Origin: an uncultured Gammaproteobacteria bacterium
GTDB taxonomy: Bacteria > Patescibacteriota > Microgenomatia > Curtissbacterales > GWA2-41-24
Reading direction: 5' to 3'
NCBI GenBank assembly: GCA_964562855.1
Contig: CAZLVB010000001.1
Coordinates: 3,614 to 67,613, forward strand
Length of the DNA: 64,000 nt
The notes below the pieces were generated by a model. It did no database searches, had not been told where the DNA came from, and worked only from the letters and a program-made list of their open reading frames with translations. The translations under genes and the position numbers were made by a program. Shown here in pieces: positions 16,916 through 26,508 of the stretch (positions are counted from its first letter, which is position 1; every line of letters begins with the position of its first letter).

Positions 16916-19221
16916 CCAATTAAAAATAAAGCCAGTAATATTACCGAGGCTGCCGAAATATATAAACCATTATAAAATGAGCGGGGTCTGAATCTAAATT
17001 CAACAATGTGCTCACCTTCCGGGATAAGCACTGACTGAAACATGTAATTGACCTTTTTTATTTCCGTCATTTCGTCGTCAATAAATGCTTGCCATCCCGG
17101 GTAATAAGGATTGGAGACGACAAGTGGGGCTTTTTTGTCTGAGCTTACCTTCAGTCTAAAAAATTGATCTTCATATTTGATAAAATCAACATTGCTTTGA
17201 AATTCTTGTCTTGGAAACGAAAACGATGTCGAAACAGAACTTTCTGACAAGTCAAAATTTTTGTCAATCATCTTTTCTAGCTCTTCTTCTGGGCTTCTAA
17301 CCTGTATCACTTCTTTAACAAAAAAGGCTCTCGGTAAGGAATTTTTGTCTTTAAAAATTTTAGTTTCACCTTCTTGAAATATTTTTTCCAATCCCTCTTT
17401 ATTTAAATCGTCGAATGTGACTATGTACCTGGTGTTTAAAAAATTTGATATTTTGCTATCAAATTTTTGGGGTGTAACAAAACGATTAAATGAGCCTGGT
17501 TCACTAACTTTCCCAGACTCCCAAACAGTAACTAATTGAGCATAATTTTTGAGAAATAGCGGGTCATAGCCTGCGACATTTTCTAATTTATAAACAGCAG
17601 AAGTGTTTGCGTTTAGAATTCTTCGATCGGTTGTAAGCAATCTGAAAGGTTTTGGCTGGCTTGAGAGAAAATCGGTTGTATTTGTATTTGGAAAAATCCA
17701 GGATAATTTTGAAAATGACGTAAATTTATAAGCGAAACGAAAAAGTTCCGCCAAAGTTAATACTAAGATAGCTGATATGATTAGTGGTCTTAGATTCTTC
17801 AGGACTGACGAGAGTAAAAGTAATAAGGTGAAAGAAGCCGCTACAGTGACCGGAAGAATTAAATTTCGAAATGCAACTCGATAGGGGTCAAAGCCGTAAA
17901 TCTGAGAAAAATTATTTCTATTTAATAAAGTGTAAGCGAATAAAAATGTTAATCCAGCTAACACAGACAAGGCTACAAGAAATATTTGTTTAGATTTAGA
18001 TTTTTTTTGTAATTGTTCAAATCCGAAACTGGCAAGTGTGACTAGAGAAAAAGCTAATACAAAAATGATTCTTGAGGGTTGCATTGAGGAGAGAAACGGA
18101 AAATTATATTTGTAAGGAATTATTGATATCGGGTTTCTTAAAGCAAGCAATGCCGAAACAATTGCAATAGATACAAAAAAAATGTGCACTTTACTTCTTT
18201 TCCCAAACAAAATTGATAGTGCAAAAATAAAAGGGATTATCCCAACATAAGGAACAAACTCAGCATAATTCCACACGCCCCAATAATTGTATGTAGTTGG
18301 ATTACCAAAATAGTCGGGGGCTACAATCTGCGCAAGCTGCTTAAAGGGTATAAACCAGTCCTCTCTTTGTGGAAAATAGCCCTGATCAATACTTCTTGCA
18401 GAATAATTAATAAATTCTAAAGACGGTAAAATTTGTATTGCTGTTGCACCTAAACCTAAAATAACAGTTGCTAAAGTCGGGATAACTAAATCTTTTCTTG
18501 GAGACTGAAAGAACTTAAAAAGCAAGTAAATCAAAATTAAAGATATTGAATAAAAAGCGGTCTGCCAGTGACCAGCGAAAACTATCTGGGAGATAGTAAA
18601 TGCTAAAAGCAAAAGCCAAAATTTAAGACGACTTTTAAAAAATTTATTGATTGAGTAAAGACTTAATGGAAGCCAAACCGCAGCTGCAGTTACGGTTCCC
18701 CACATAAGCCATACCATAAAAAAACTAGTAAACGGTAAGACTATTGCTCCAAAAAGAGAAGCCAGATTGGAAAGATCAAGGCTTTTTAAAAAAAGATACA
18801 TAAAAAATGCGGTTAAAATCGGGATCAAAATTATTTCTGTTGACCAAGCAGCATTAAAAGGTAGAATGAAAAATAAGACGTTAAAAATCTGAAATGGTGC
18901 GGATTGAATGTTGGCTAGCAAAGGCTGTCCAGAGAAACTGTATGGATTCCAGAGAGGAAGTTCAAGCTTTTTAAAATTTTCAATCGTCAGATATCTCCAG
19001 GGATAGGTTTGCAAAACAGGATCGGTAGTTAAGGGATTTTTGACTGGAAACTTGCCAGGAAGAAAGCCGTCGAAAGACTGGTCGCGCCATGGATGATAAA
19101 GGCCAAGTAGACTATCTGTGGGGATAGGTACTTTACCGGTGAGTAGTTTTGGCAAAAAAAAGGAGAAAACGATTATACAGGCAAGGATGGCGAAAATCGA
19201 CTTAAAAAAGTATTTTTTCAT
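16894..19221 (-). CDS. YfhO-family GT-C membrane protein
   Basis: 775 aa; DPVLQTYPW, LPLWNPYSFSGQPLLAN, AGHWQ, GYDPL, LPRAFF, YYPGWQAFID, G.HIVEFRF.P. Confidence 0.82.
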   Translation of the reverse strand: MKKYFFKSIFAILACIIVFSFFLPKLLTGKVPIPTDSLLGLYHPWRDQSFDGFLPGKFPVKNPLTTDPVLQTYPWRYLTIENFKKLELPLWNPYSFSGQPLLANIQSAPFQIFNVLFFILPFNAAWSTEIILIPILTAFFMYLFLKSLDLSNLASLFGAIVLPFTSFFMVWLMWGTVTAAAVWLPLSLYSINKFFKSRLKFWLLLLAFTISQIVFAGHWQTAFYSISLILIYLLFKFFQSPRKDLVIPTLATVILGLGATAIQILPSLEFINYSARSIDQGYFPQREDWFIPFKQLAQIVAPDYFGNPTTYNYWGVWNYAEFVPYVGIIPFIFALSILFGKRSKVHIFFVSIAIVSALLALRNPISIIPYKYNFPFLSSMQPSRIIFVLAFSLVTLASFGFEQLQKKSKSKQIFLVALSVLAGLTFLFAYTLLNRNNFSQIYGFDPYRVAFRNLILPVTVAASFTLLLLLSSVLKNLRPLIISAILVLTLAELFRFAYKFTSFSKLSWIFPNTNTTDFLSSQPKPFRLLTTDRRILNANTSAVYKLENVAGYDPLFLKNYAQLVTVWESGKVSEPGSFNRFVTPQKFDSKISNFLNTRYIVTFDDLNKEGLEKIFQEGETKIFKDKNSLPRAFFVKEVIQVRSPEEELEKMIDKNFDLSESSVSTSFSFPRQEFQSNVDFIKYEDQFFRLKVSSDKKAPLVVSNPYYPGWQAFIDDEMTEIKKVNYMFQSVLIPEGEHIVEFRFRPRSFYNGLYISAASVILLALFLIGWKKKYQ

Positions 19222-20251
19222 ATTCCCCTATAAACTTTTTTGCACTGAACCGTCGACTACTCAGAATTGCATTTTGCGAGAGTTTCGCAAGTTTTTCTTT
19301 ATCGTTTATTAGATTTAAAGTGAACTCATAAAGCTGGGTTTTCGTTGACCAGAGCAATCCGTTCTTCTCATGTGTAACTATTTCCTTCTGTCCGCCTTTA
19401 CCAATCACAATCGGCACAGCTCCTGCTGCTTGAGCTTCTACCGTGGCTATACCAAAGTGCTCCATTTTTTGAGGATTGCTTTCTTCGTCTTCACCAAAAC
19501 CCGTAGCATGCCAGTAAATTGAGGCTTTAGAATAATATTTTCTTAATTTTTCAAAAGATAGATTCTCTACTATTCTGATTGCATGACCCAGGGTACTTTT
19601 TTTTAATCTTCTCAAATACTTATAGTCTTCTTTTTTTGCTTGACCAATTAACACGAGTTTCCATCCAGGAATTTTTTTGTAAAGTTCCTTAAATACTTCT
19701 ATTAAAACTTCTTGTTTTTTGGGGTGAAGCTGATTCTGGCTGAATCTTCCGACAGACAATATTAGTTTGTCTTTTTCCCCTTTTTTTATCGAGTCTATTT
19801 CTACTGGAGGGTAGACAACTTGCGAGTTGACACCGTAACTTTTATCGATATACCCTTTAGTGAACTTAGAATTCGTAACCACCCATTTGAACCTTTTTAA
19901 ATTTATCTTAGTTTTAAGACTAATTTTTGAAAATTTGAATGGAACTTGAAAATGGAGAATATTTTTTGATGCTAAACTAAAAGGCACGCTACCATCGGAT
20001 AAAATAAAAATGCAATTATAGCCAAGGGTTGCAAATGATTTTTCCAATAAATTTTTTTTAAATATGTTTTCTACAAATCTTGTCCTAGAAAGGTCTATCT
20101 TTAAAAATTTCGCAAGAGGTGCCTTAATTTGCGAATCATCCCAGAAAATATCTACAATATGTTCTCGGGAAAGATGCGCGGCCAATGTCAACATGTATCT
20201 TTCCCCGCCTCCAAATGTATCTAGATAGGGACTAAAAAAACCAAACCTCAT
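19202..20251 (-). CDS. GT4 (GT-B) glycosyltransferase
   Basis: GGGER, NSKFT, VVYPPV, SVGRF, KKQ, EHFGIATVEA.AAG. Confidence 0.88.
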   Translation of the reverse strand: MRFGFFSPYLDTFGGGERYMLTLAAHLSREHIVDIFWDDSQIKAPLAKFLKIDLSRTRFVENIFKKNLLEKSFATLGYNCIFILSDGSVPFSLASKNILHFQVPFKFSKISLKTKINLKRFKWVVTNSKFTKGYIDKSYGVNSQVVYPPVEIDSIKKGEKDKLILSVGRFSQNQLHPKKQEVLIEVFKELYKKIPGWKLVLIGQAKKEDYKYLRRLKKSTLGHAIRIVENLSFEKLRKYYSKASIYWHATGFGEDEESNPQKMEHFGIATVEAQAAGAVPIVIGKGGQKEIVTHEKNGLLWSTKTQLYEFTLNLINDKEKLAKLSQNAILSSRRFSAKKFIGEYEKILF

Positions 20252-20958
20252 ACTTTTTGAATTACAACGTATGCTCGATTAACCAAATCCGAGTAATCCT
20301 TATATGTCAAAAAATGGTACAGCGCAGGATTAGTAAGAAGATTAAAAACCAACTTCGTAAAATAAATAAACTTTCTGACATATTTAATCTGAGGATCAAA
20401 TATAAAAATCCGAAAGAGAATATTATTAATGTTTAGATTCCCTGAGTAGAAAACTTTAGCTTTGAAATCGCCGCGATAATTTTCGATCTCATCATTAGTT
20501 GGCAAACCGTATTTAATATGTTCTTTTAAGTATTGAACATTTATACCCTTTGCCTCCAAAAATTTTTGGATCCTGCTTTCATAGAGTAGATGTTTTTCCG
20601 TACCGATTGGGAAAGAGACAATTAATTTTTTTTTGGTAATAACAAGTAACTTTTGCATAAAGTATTTCCGTTCATTTTTGGGGATGTGTTCCAAAACATC
20701 AATCGATGTAACCACATCAAATGAATTTTTTTTAAAAGGAATTTTATTTTTTTTGATAATTACGTCACCACCTGTTAAATTTGCAACAACCAACTTTGAT
20801 GGTTTACAAAAAAGAGATAGATGATTTAATTCTCCCCCAATATCGACTACGGTTTCGCCTTTTCTGATTATGCCGCCCACAACTCTATGTCTTTCATAAA
20901 CGTCGTAGGGCAAAAAGAGTTTTTTAAACTGCAAGCTGTCTATATTTCTGTTTAACAT
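20248..20958 (-). CDS. Class I SAM-dependent methyltransferase
   Basis: VVDIGG motif I; PF..NSFDVVTSIDVLEHIP. Confidence 0.72.
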   Translation of the reverse strand: MLNRNIDSLQFKKLFLPYDVYERHRVVGGIIRKGETVVDIGGELNHLSLFCKPSKLVVANLTGGDVIIKKNKIPFKKNSFDVVTSIDVLEHIPKNERKYFMQKLLVITKKKLIVSFPIGTEKHLLYESRIQKFLEAKGINVQYLKEHIKYGLPTNDEIENYRGDFKAKVFYSGNLNINNILFRIFIFDPQIKYVRKFIYFTKLVFNLLTNPALYHFLTYKDYSDLVNRAYVVIQKV

Positions 20959-21694
20959 CGTTTTGAATTTCCCATAAATAAGTCAAAACAATCGCCTGAT
21001 GGGTTGCTTGATATAACGACTCTATTAAACCAGCAATACCATCTAGAAATCCTCTTTTTGCAAAATATCTTCTTAAGAATTCAAAAGTCATGGCTTTTAT
21101 AATTGTCAAAATAGTCACTCGGGTATTTAGTTTAGTATAAAGATCTGCTTCTGTTTTCCCCCAAGTTGTGCTTTTTTTGAGCATTTTTTCCAAACTCCTT
21201 GCCGTATAATGTAGTATCGGATATTTAAGTCGCCCGAATTCACCTTCAATAATCGGACTTTCATGAACCTTGCCCTGCCATTCTTTAAAAGTAGACCTCT
21301 TAAATAATCTCGGAACATAATCGGGCCACCAACCTCCATGTCTAAGCCACTTTCCCAGAATAATGTTTTTTCGGGAGATATAGAAAGCGGAGTACTTTCC
21401 GGCGATGACCGCCTTTTTAATTTCATCGATCAACTTTTCATCAAGTCTTTCGTCAGCATCGACGTATAACAACCAGTCGCCTTTTGCTTCCTTTGCTAAA
21501 AGATTGCGATTCTTGGAGAAATCCTCAAAGTTGGACCTGAGAATATTTTTTGTATATTTTTGAGCAATTTCTCGTGTTTTGTCGGTTGAGTTTTGATCAC
21601 AAACGATAATTTCATTTAAAAAGTGAAGTTGGCGAAGACAATCCTCGATCATTTCCTCCTCGTTTTTGGTCAAAATTAACGCGGAAATACTCAC
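20924..21694 (-). CDS. GT2 glycosyltransferase (LgtF/WaaE-like)
   Basis: LTKNEE, STDKT, WLLYVDADE, WWPDY..RLF, VHE, GFLDG..GL. Confidence 0.82.
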   Translation of the reverse strand: MSISALILTKNEEEMIEDCLRQLHFLNEIIVCDQNSTDKTREIAQKYTKNILRSNFEDFSKNRNLLAKEAKGDWLLYVDADERLDEKLIDEIKKAVIAGKYSAFYISRKNIILGKWLRHGGWWPDYVPRLFKRSTFKEWQGKVHESPIIEGEFGRLKYPILHYTARSLEKMLKKSTTWGKTEADLYTKLNTRVTILTIIKAMTFEFLRRYFAKRGFLDGIAGLIESLYQATHQAIVLTYLWEIQNDVKQKYRQLAV

Positions 21695-22587
21695 TGATTA
21701 AAACTCCCTTTGCCTAAATTAAGCGTAACAAAGTCCAGGAATGCTTTTCTTTTGATTGGATCACCAAAGTTCTTTAAAATTTGTTTTGCGACTGCCAATT
21801 TAGTTTTTAATTTGGCGTACTTGATAGCAAAAAGCAATCTGTTTCTAGTGATGTAGTAATCCTGAAGTAAAGAACCGGATCCCCCTGCTGAACCTGCATT
21901 TTTATGCCAAATAATAGCTTGCGGCGCAAACATTATTGAAAGATTTGCTTTTTTTGCTCTGACACAAAAATCCATATCCTCAAGATATAAAAAATATTTC
22001 TCGTCAAAATAGCCGATTTTTTCCCAAACTTTTCTTTTGACAAACATGCACGCACCGGTAGCGTAGTTTATTTCCTTACTCGTGGCAAATTGACCACGAT
22101 CTACCTCATCCACGCCCACATGGATACCGATAATATTTTGCCAATCAATCTTGCCACCGGCATACCAGATAATTTTTCCAAGATCAGTTGTTTTATAACG
22201 GTTCTTATGAAACTCGAAGCCCTTTGCAAAGTAAATTTTAGGAGAAATAATATCTGCTTTTTTTGCTCCACTTAATAATTCAGTCAAAAGGTTTGAGTCA
22301 ACAAGGGTATCGTTGTTTAGAATAAGTAAGTAGTCGGCACCTCTTTTTATCGCCTCTTTAATGCCGGCATTGTTGCCTCCACTATAGCCTAAATTTCTTT
22401 CGAGTGATATCAGATGAATGTCTTGTAACCTTGACAAAGCTTCAGCCGATCCATCGCCAGAACCATTATCCACGACGATAGTCTCGATCTTGAAATTGCC
22501 GCTTTTGACTCTTCGCAAAGAATCTAAACAGGATAAGGTATTTTCAAGGCCTTGGTAATTTAAAATAATAATTGCTATTTTAGGCAT
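21691..22587 (-). CDS. GT2 glycosyltransferase (WbbL-like)
   Basis: IILNY, VDNGSGD, NLGYSGGNN, LNNDT, TGACM, FDEKYFLYLEDMDFC, RNRL. Confidence 0.85.
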   Translation of the reverse strand: MPKIAIIILNYQGLENTLSCLDSLRRVKSGNFKIETIVVDNGSGDGSAEALSRLQDIHLISLERNLGYSGGNNAGIKEAIKRGADYLLILNNDTLVDSNLLTELLSGAKKADIISPKIYFAKGFEFHKNRYKTTDLGKIIWYAGGKIDWQNIIGIHVGVDEVDRGQFATSKEINYATGACMFVKRKVWEKIGYFDEKYFLYLEDMDFCVRAKKANLSIMFAPQAIIWHKNAGSAGGSGSLLQDYYITRNRLLFAIKYAKLKTKLAVAKQILKNFGDPIKRKAFLDFVTLNLGKGSFNQ

Positions 22588-24083
22588 CAGGATTCCTTAT
22601 CTGCTTTCGACAGTCTGTAAAGATGAATTCCGTTTTGTATAGACCACGTTTTTTCTATTTTAATAGGTTTAAAAACAGCCACTTCCCAAACGGTATAATT
22701 TTCAATCATTTGAGGTGTGTCTCTAGAAATTAAGTAAAGTATGTCAGATTCTGGATATTGCTCTACATCTAGAGGTTTTTTATTGTTTATATCCACTAAG
22801 TATCTATAAGGACGAGCTCTCGTATCTCCGTCTAGGGTTGCAGCAATATTAAATTTTTTGAAATCGTTTACATCATCAACAATAATCTTTGATGCTTTTT
22901 TAATACCAACCAAATTCCACCCTTTTGGCATTGTATAACCTTCAAGTCGATTGAGGTTCAAATTTAAAAGATTCTGCATGAGCATTTGAAATACCAATAA
23001 CAAAATAAAGGCTTTAATGAGAAAATGGCCAAACAGACTATATATAGTTACTAGTGATATAGAAAAGATAAGAATTAGCGCTACATAAGAGGGTGAAAGA
23101 TAATGCAAATTTACCCCCTGAGAATAAAATCCCAGTAAAAACAAATTTATAATTATTGTTATCACTAAAAATAAAACTACGTCTGTTTTCTCCCTATTTT
23201 TCAATAGATATACAATAACTCCTACAAGCATAATAAGAACTATTGGTAAAACATAATAACCGTTGATATGGAGAATTATATAAAATAAATTTTCTATTGA
23301 ATCTTTAAGGTTTTGGAAAAAATTGTTGGTAGTTAAAAAATTTTGATTATTATTTAATTGTTTTAGAAATTCGTTGGTTATAAAAAAACCATGGCGTATT
23401 TCAAACAAAATTTGGGGAGAAATCGCAACAAGGAAACCTAGAACTATTTTAAATAAATTAACAAACCTGTTCCGAAAGATTGTAAAGACTATTATTGCGA
23501 TTATTTGCGAAACTGCGATGTAATGGAGCTGAAAAAGAATCCCGGCGGAAAATCCGATTAAAAATATCGCCAAAAAACTCTTGGAAATTTTTTTTATTAA
23601 TAAGAAATAAAAAAATATACCAAGAGCCGAGAAGAAGGGAATCATGTGGGGGTTAGATGGAGCTCTAGATTGATCTATCAATAAGGGGTTAGATGCAAAA
23701 AGAAGACTGGCAATAATGGCTACAGGCTTAGCATAAAATTTGGTAGCTACTAAGTAAATTAACAGCAGAGTAAAAATCGAAAGGATAACTGTTAAAATTG
23801 CAGGTCCTATCGGATCATAGTTGGTAAAAAATAATGAGGGAGCAATAATGTAATAATATGCCGGCCCAAGAAAAAGTTGGCCAATATTATTGTAAGGACC
23901 AATTTTCGGACCAAGTAAGGTGAATTTCTGATCAACAATCATTCTTTTTACAATTAAAAAATCGTAACCTTGGTCACCCCCAAAGGTAGTTAGTGTTTCA
24001 AGTCGCCAAAACCTTATAAAAGCTGCGGCAATTATTATTAAAATAATCAGCCAGTGTGAAAAAACAAATTTCTTCAAATTCAC
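22587..24083 (-). CDS. GT-C (PMT_2/ArnT-like) membrane glycosyltransferase
   Basis: 498 aa; FGGDQGYD, LLGP, LGPAYYY, SRAPSNP, QLHY, P..WEVA.F. Paralog of 44044..45663. Confidence 0.75.
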   Translation of the reverse strand: MNLKKFVFSHWLIILIIIAAAFIRFWRLETLTTFGGDQGYDFLIVKRMIVDQKFTLLGPKIGPYNNIGQLFLGPAYYYIIAPSLFFTNYDPIGPAILTVILSIFTLLLIYLVATKFYAKPVAIIASLLFASNPLLIDQSRAPSNPHMIPFFSALGIFFYFLLIKKISKSFLAIFLIGFSAGILFQLHYIAVSQIIAIIVFTIFRNRFVNLFKIVLGFLVAISPQILFEIRHGFFITNEFLKQLNNNQNFLTTNNFFQNLKDSIENLFYIILHINGYYVLPIVLIMLVGVIVYLLKNREKTDVVLFLVITIIINLFLLGFYSQGVNLHYLSPSYVALILIFSISLVTIYSLFGHFLIKAFILLLVFQMLMQNLLNLNLNRLEGYTMPKGWNLVGIKKASKIIVDDVNDFKKFNIAATLDGDTRARPYRYLVDINNKKPLDVEQYPESDILYLISRDTPQMIENYTVWEVAVFKPIKIEKTWSIQNGIHLYRLSKADKES

Positions 24084-24090
24084 TTGTAAA

Positions 24091-24105
24091 ATTATATATC
24101 AGCAG
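24091..24105 (-). promoter_or_regulatory. -10 element (CTGCTGATATATAAT), 7 nt upstream of the GTG start
   Basis: TATAAT at 24096-24091 with the recurring upstream TGCTG. Confidence 0.55.
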
Positions 24106-24133
24106 TATCTAACGAAGCGAGGTGAAGCTGAGC

Positions 24134-25036
24134 TTAGAGTCTCCTTCTTAATTTATAATAAACTTTCTTGGCAGGATTTTCCTCAATCAAAGTCTGATAA
24201 ATCCAGAATCTTATATCTTTCGCAGCACGAGAAAATTCTTTTAGTGTATGTTTAAGAAAATTATCCGGTGTTAGATCCTTAAAATTTTCTTTTCTTTCCC
24301 AAACTTTAGCAAAAAAAACCAACATATAAAAAGACTGAAAAAGTGAAAGGACCAACCCGTGGAGACCGTCTTTATACCCCTTCTGGAAGAAAAAAGTCTT
24401 AACAAAATCGTTTATCGGCCAGCGAATTGCATCGTACCAGGCGATATTTTTTTCCTCTCTTAAAAAATTTTCTGTTTCTGATTCTGTATAAGTTTTATCA
24501 AGTTTTTGGATAAACTGGGAAACTGTTTCGTAATTGTGATGGATCATGGGACTCTCAAGCTGGCCGACATTTCCAGAAACTTCAAGTTTTTCGTGAACAT
24601 GCTTTAGCGGAAACTTTCCTTTGCCTTTTTTGAACAGGCGCAAGTTTAGATCGGGCCACCAGATAGAGTTTTTAATCCATTTGCCAAAGATAATGTTCTT
24701 GCGAGGAATTTCGTATCCCGAGAAATGTCTATCGTTGATTTTAGATCTAATTTCGCCAGTTAATTTGGGTGTTAATCTCTCGTCCGCATCTAATGATAGA
24801 ATCCAGTCACCAGCAGCTTTTTCAAAACCGAAGTTTTTATTTTTGTTGAGCATCACAGGGTCATTTTCTCTTACAAAAATCTTTGACGTGTACTTTCTTG
24901 CAATCTCTACGGTTTTATCGATTGAGGAATTGTCGATAAATATTATTTCGTCTGCAAGGTCCTTTACGCTTTTAAGACAATCTTCAATTTTTTTTCCCTC
25001 GTTAAATGCAGAAATAACCACACTAATTTTGCTCAT
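24134..25036 (-). CDS. GT2 glycosyltransferase (LgtF/WaaE-like)
   Basis: SAFNEG, WILSLDADE, WWPD..LRLF, VHE, GYKDGLHGL. Confidence 0.82.
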   Translation of the reverse strand: MSKISVVISAFNEGKKIEDCLKSVKDLADEIIFIDNSSIDKTVEIARKYTSKIFVRENDPVMLNKNKNFGFEKAAGDWILSLDADERLTPKLTGEIRSKINDRHFSGYEIPRKNIIFGKWIKNSIWWPDLNLRLFKKGKGKFPLKHVHEKLEVSGNVGQLESPMIHHNYETVSQFIQKLDKTYTESETENFLREEKNIAWYDAIRWPINDFVKTFFFQKGYKDGLHGLVLSLFQSFYMLVFFAKVWERKENFKDLTPDNFLKHTLKEFSRAAKDIRFWIYQTLIEENPAKKVYYKLRRRL

Positions 25037-26508
25037 CTATTCTTAAAAACAATTGAGTCAATAATAATTTTAGCATCTTCCAGTAGATGTCTTTTAAAAA
25101 TAGCCAACGAAAGTGCTAAATAAATTATTATCCCAAGAAGTATTACGAAAACCAAACTTATAATGTTTTGCGCCAGATTTTGCTGAACGGTGTGTACAAT
25201 TAAAAACATAGCGACCGACGTTAGAAGAGGCCCAAAAATACTCCTTCCTACAGATATGGGGATTTCCTTTTTAACAAGATAGATTGTAACAAGTGAGGTT
25301 GATGCAACAACTGCGGAAGCAATACCTACCCCAATAAAGCCGAATCTTAAAACCAAAGGTATTGTCAGAATCCATGTCGAGGTCGTCCAAAACATCATTA
25401 GCTTTAAAACTATTTTAGGCCGGCCGGTGGCAAAAAGGACATTGGTAAAAGTCGTGGAGATTGCTGAAAAAATACTATTGACTGCAAATAGGTAAAGCAG
25501 GGGCAAGGCAGGTTCCCATTTTTGATATCTGGGAATTACTTCGATCAACTTTGGAGCAATTGCAATCACCCCAAAGACAGAGGGATAGACAAGATACGTA
25601 ACAAAAAATAATGATTTCTCGATTGCCTTACCCAAAGCTTGCTTATGCTCCTGTAGTCTTGAATAAGCAGGAAAGGTAACCCTGTTGACACTGTCCATAA
25701 AAAACCTCAGCGGTAAAAAGGCGAATTTCTGCGACCAACCGATGTAACCAATCTGGCTAAAAGTAAGGATCTTTCCCAAAATTACAATCAAAAGGTCATC
25801 TTTTAAGAGGGCAAGAATACTATTGAGTTGAAATGGGATCCCAAAGGAAGTAAGTTTTTTTGCTATATTTTTTTCGAAACTTAAAGCCGGTTTCCAGGGA
25901 GCAAGAATGTAAATTACGGTTAAACCAGCAACGCCTCTTATTAGAACAGCCCAGGTAAAACTTGATATACCAAATCCAGAAATAGCCAAGAAAACTGCTG
26001 TTGTATAAAAAACAATGTTTTCGGCAATCTGGGGGATAACAAGTTTCGTAAAGTTTAATTTTCTTTCGAGGATAATGGAGGGGATAGTTTTTAAAGAAGA
26101 TAGCAAAAGAGAAAAAATCAGGATCCTTATAAGCCATAATCCTTGATTATCAAGATTGTAAAAATCGGCTATTGTTTTTGAAAAAATAAAACCCAAGAAA
26201 ACGAGAGTGAGAACAATAGTTTGCTGAATAGTAAAGGTGGTTGATAAATCTTTTTGATTTAAATCTTCTTTTTTTTGGATAAGAGCGGCGGCTAGTCCTA
26301 CGTCCGAAAAATATACGAATATATTAATTAGGGCTGAAACAAAAACGTAAATTCCGTAAGTTGGTTCATCCAAAATAATTGTAAGAATGAAAACCGCCGC
26401 ATAGGTAAAGATTTGAATAAAAAGGGTTCTTAGTGTAAAGGTAATTACGCCAGAGATTGCCTTTTTCTTAATAAGCTGAATGTCTAATTGGTCTTGAGTG
26501 TCTGCCAT
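25033..26508 (-). CDS. wzx: Wzx/MOP-family oligosaccharide flippase
   Basis: 491 aa, many TMs; YFSDVGLAAALIQKK, LERKLNF, GYIGW, RVTFPAYSRLQ, KWEPA. Confidence 0.85.
   Translation of the reverse strand: MADTQDQLDIQLIKKKAISGVITFTLRTLFIQIFTYAAVFILTIILDEPTYGIYVFVSALINIFVYFSDVGLAAALIQKKEDLNQKDLSTTFTIQQTIVLTLVFLGFIFSKTIADFYNLDNQGLWLIRILIFSLLLSSLKTIPSIILERKLNFTKLVIPQIAENIVFYTTAVFLAISGFGISSFTWAVLIRGVAGLTVIYILAPWKPALSFEKNIAKKLTSFGIPFQLNSILALLKDDLLIVILGKILTFSQIGYIGWSQKFAFLPLRFFMDSVNRVTFPAYSRLQEHKQALGKAIEKSLFFVTYLVYPSVFGVIAIAPKLIEVIPRYQKWEPALPLLYLFAVNSIFSAISTTFTNVLFATGRPKIVLKLMMFWTTSTWILTIPLVLRFGFIGVGIASAVVASTSLVTIYLVKKEIPISVGRSIFGPLLTSVAMFLIVHTVQQNLAQNIISLVFVILLGIIIYLALSLAIFKRHLLEDAKIIIDSIVFKNR

Noticed and set aside
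20626-20634. Poly-A/T homopolymers (8-9 nt) here and in many genes as phase-variation tracts
   Set aside because: Common throughout this AT-rich, Lys/Phe-rich sequence, including housekeeping genes; no frameshifted ORF seen.
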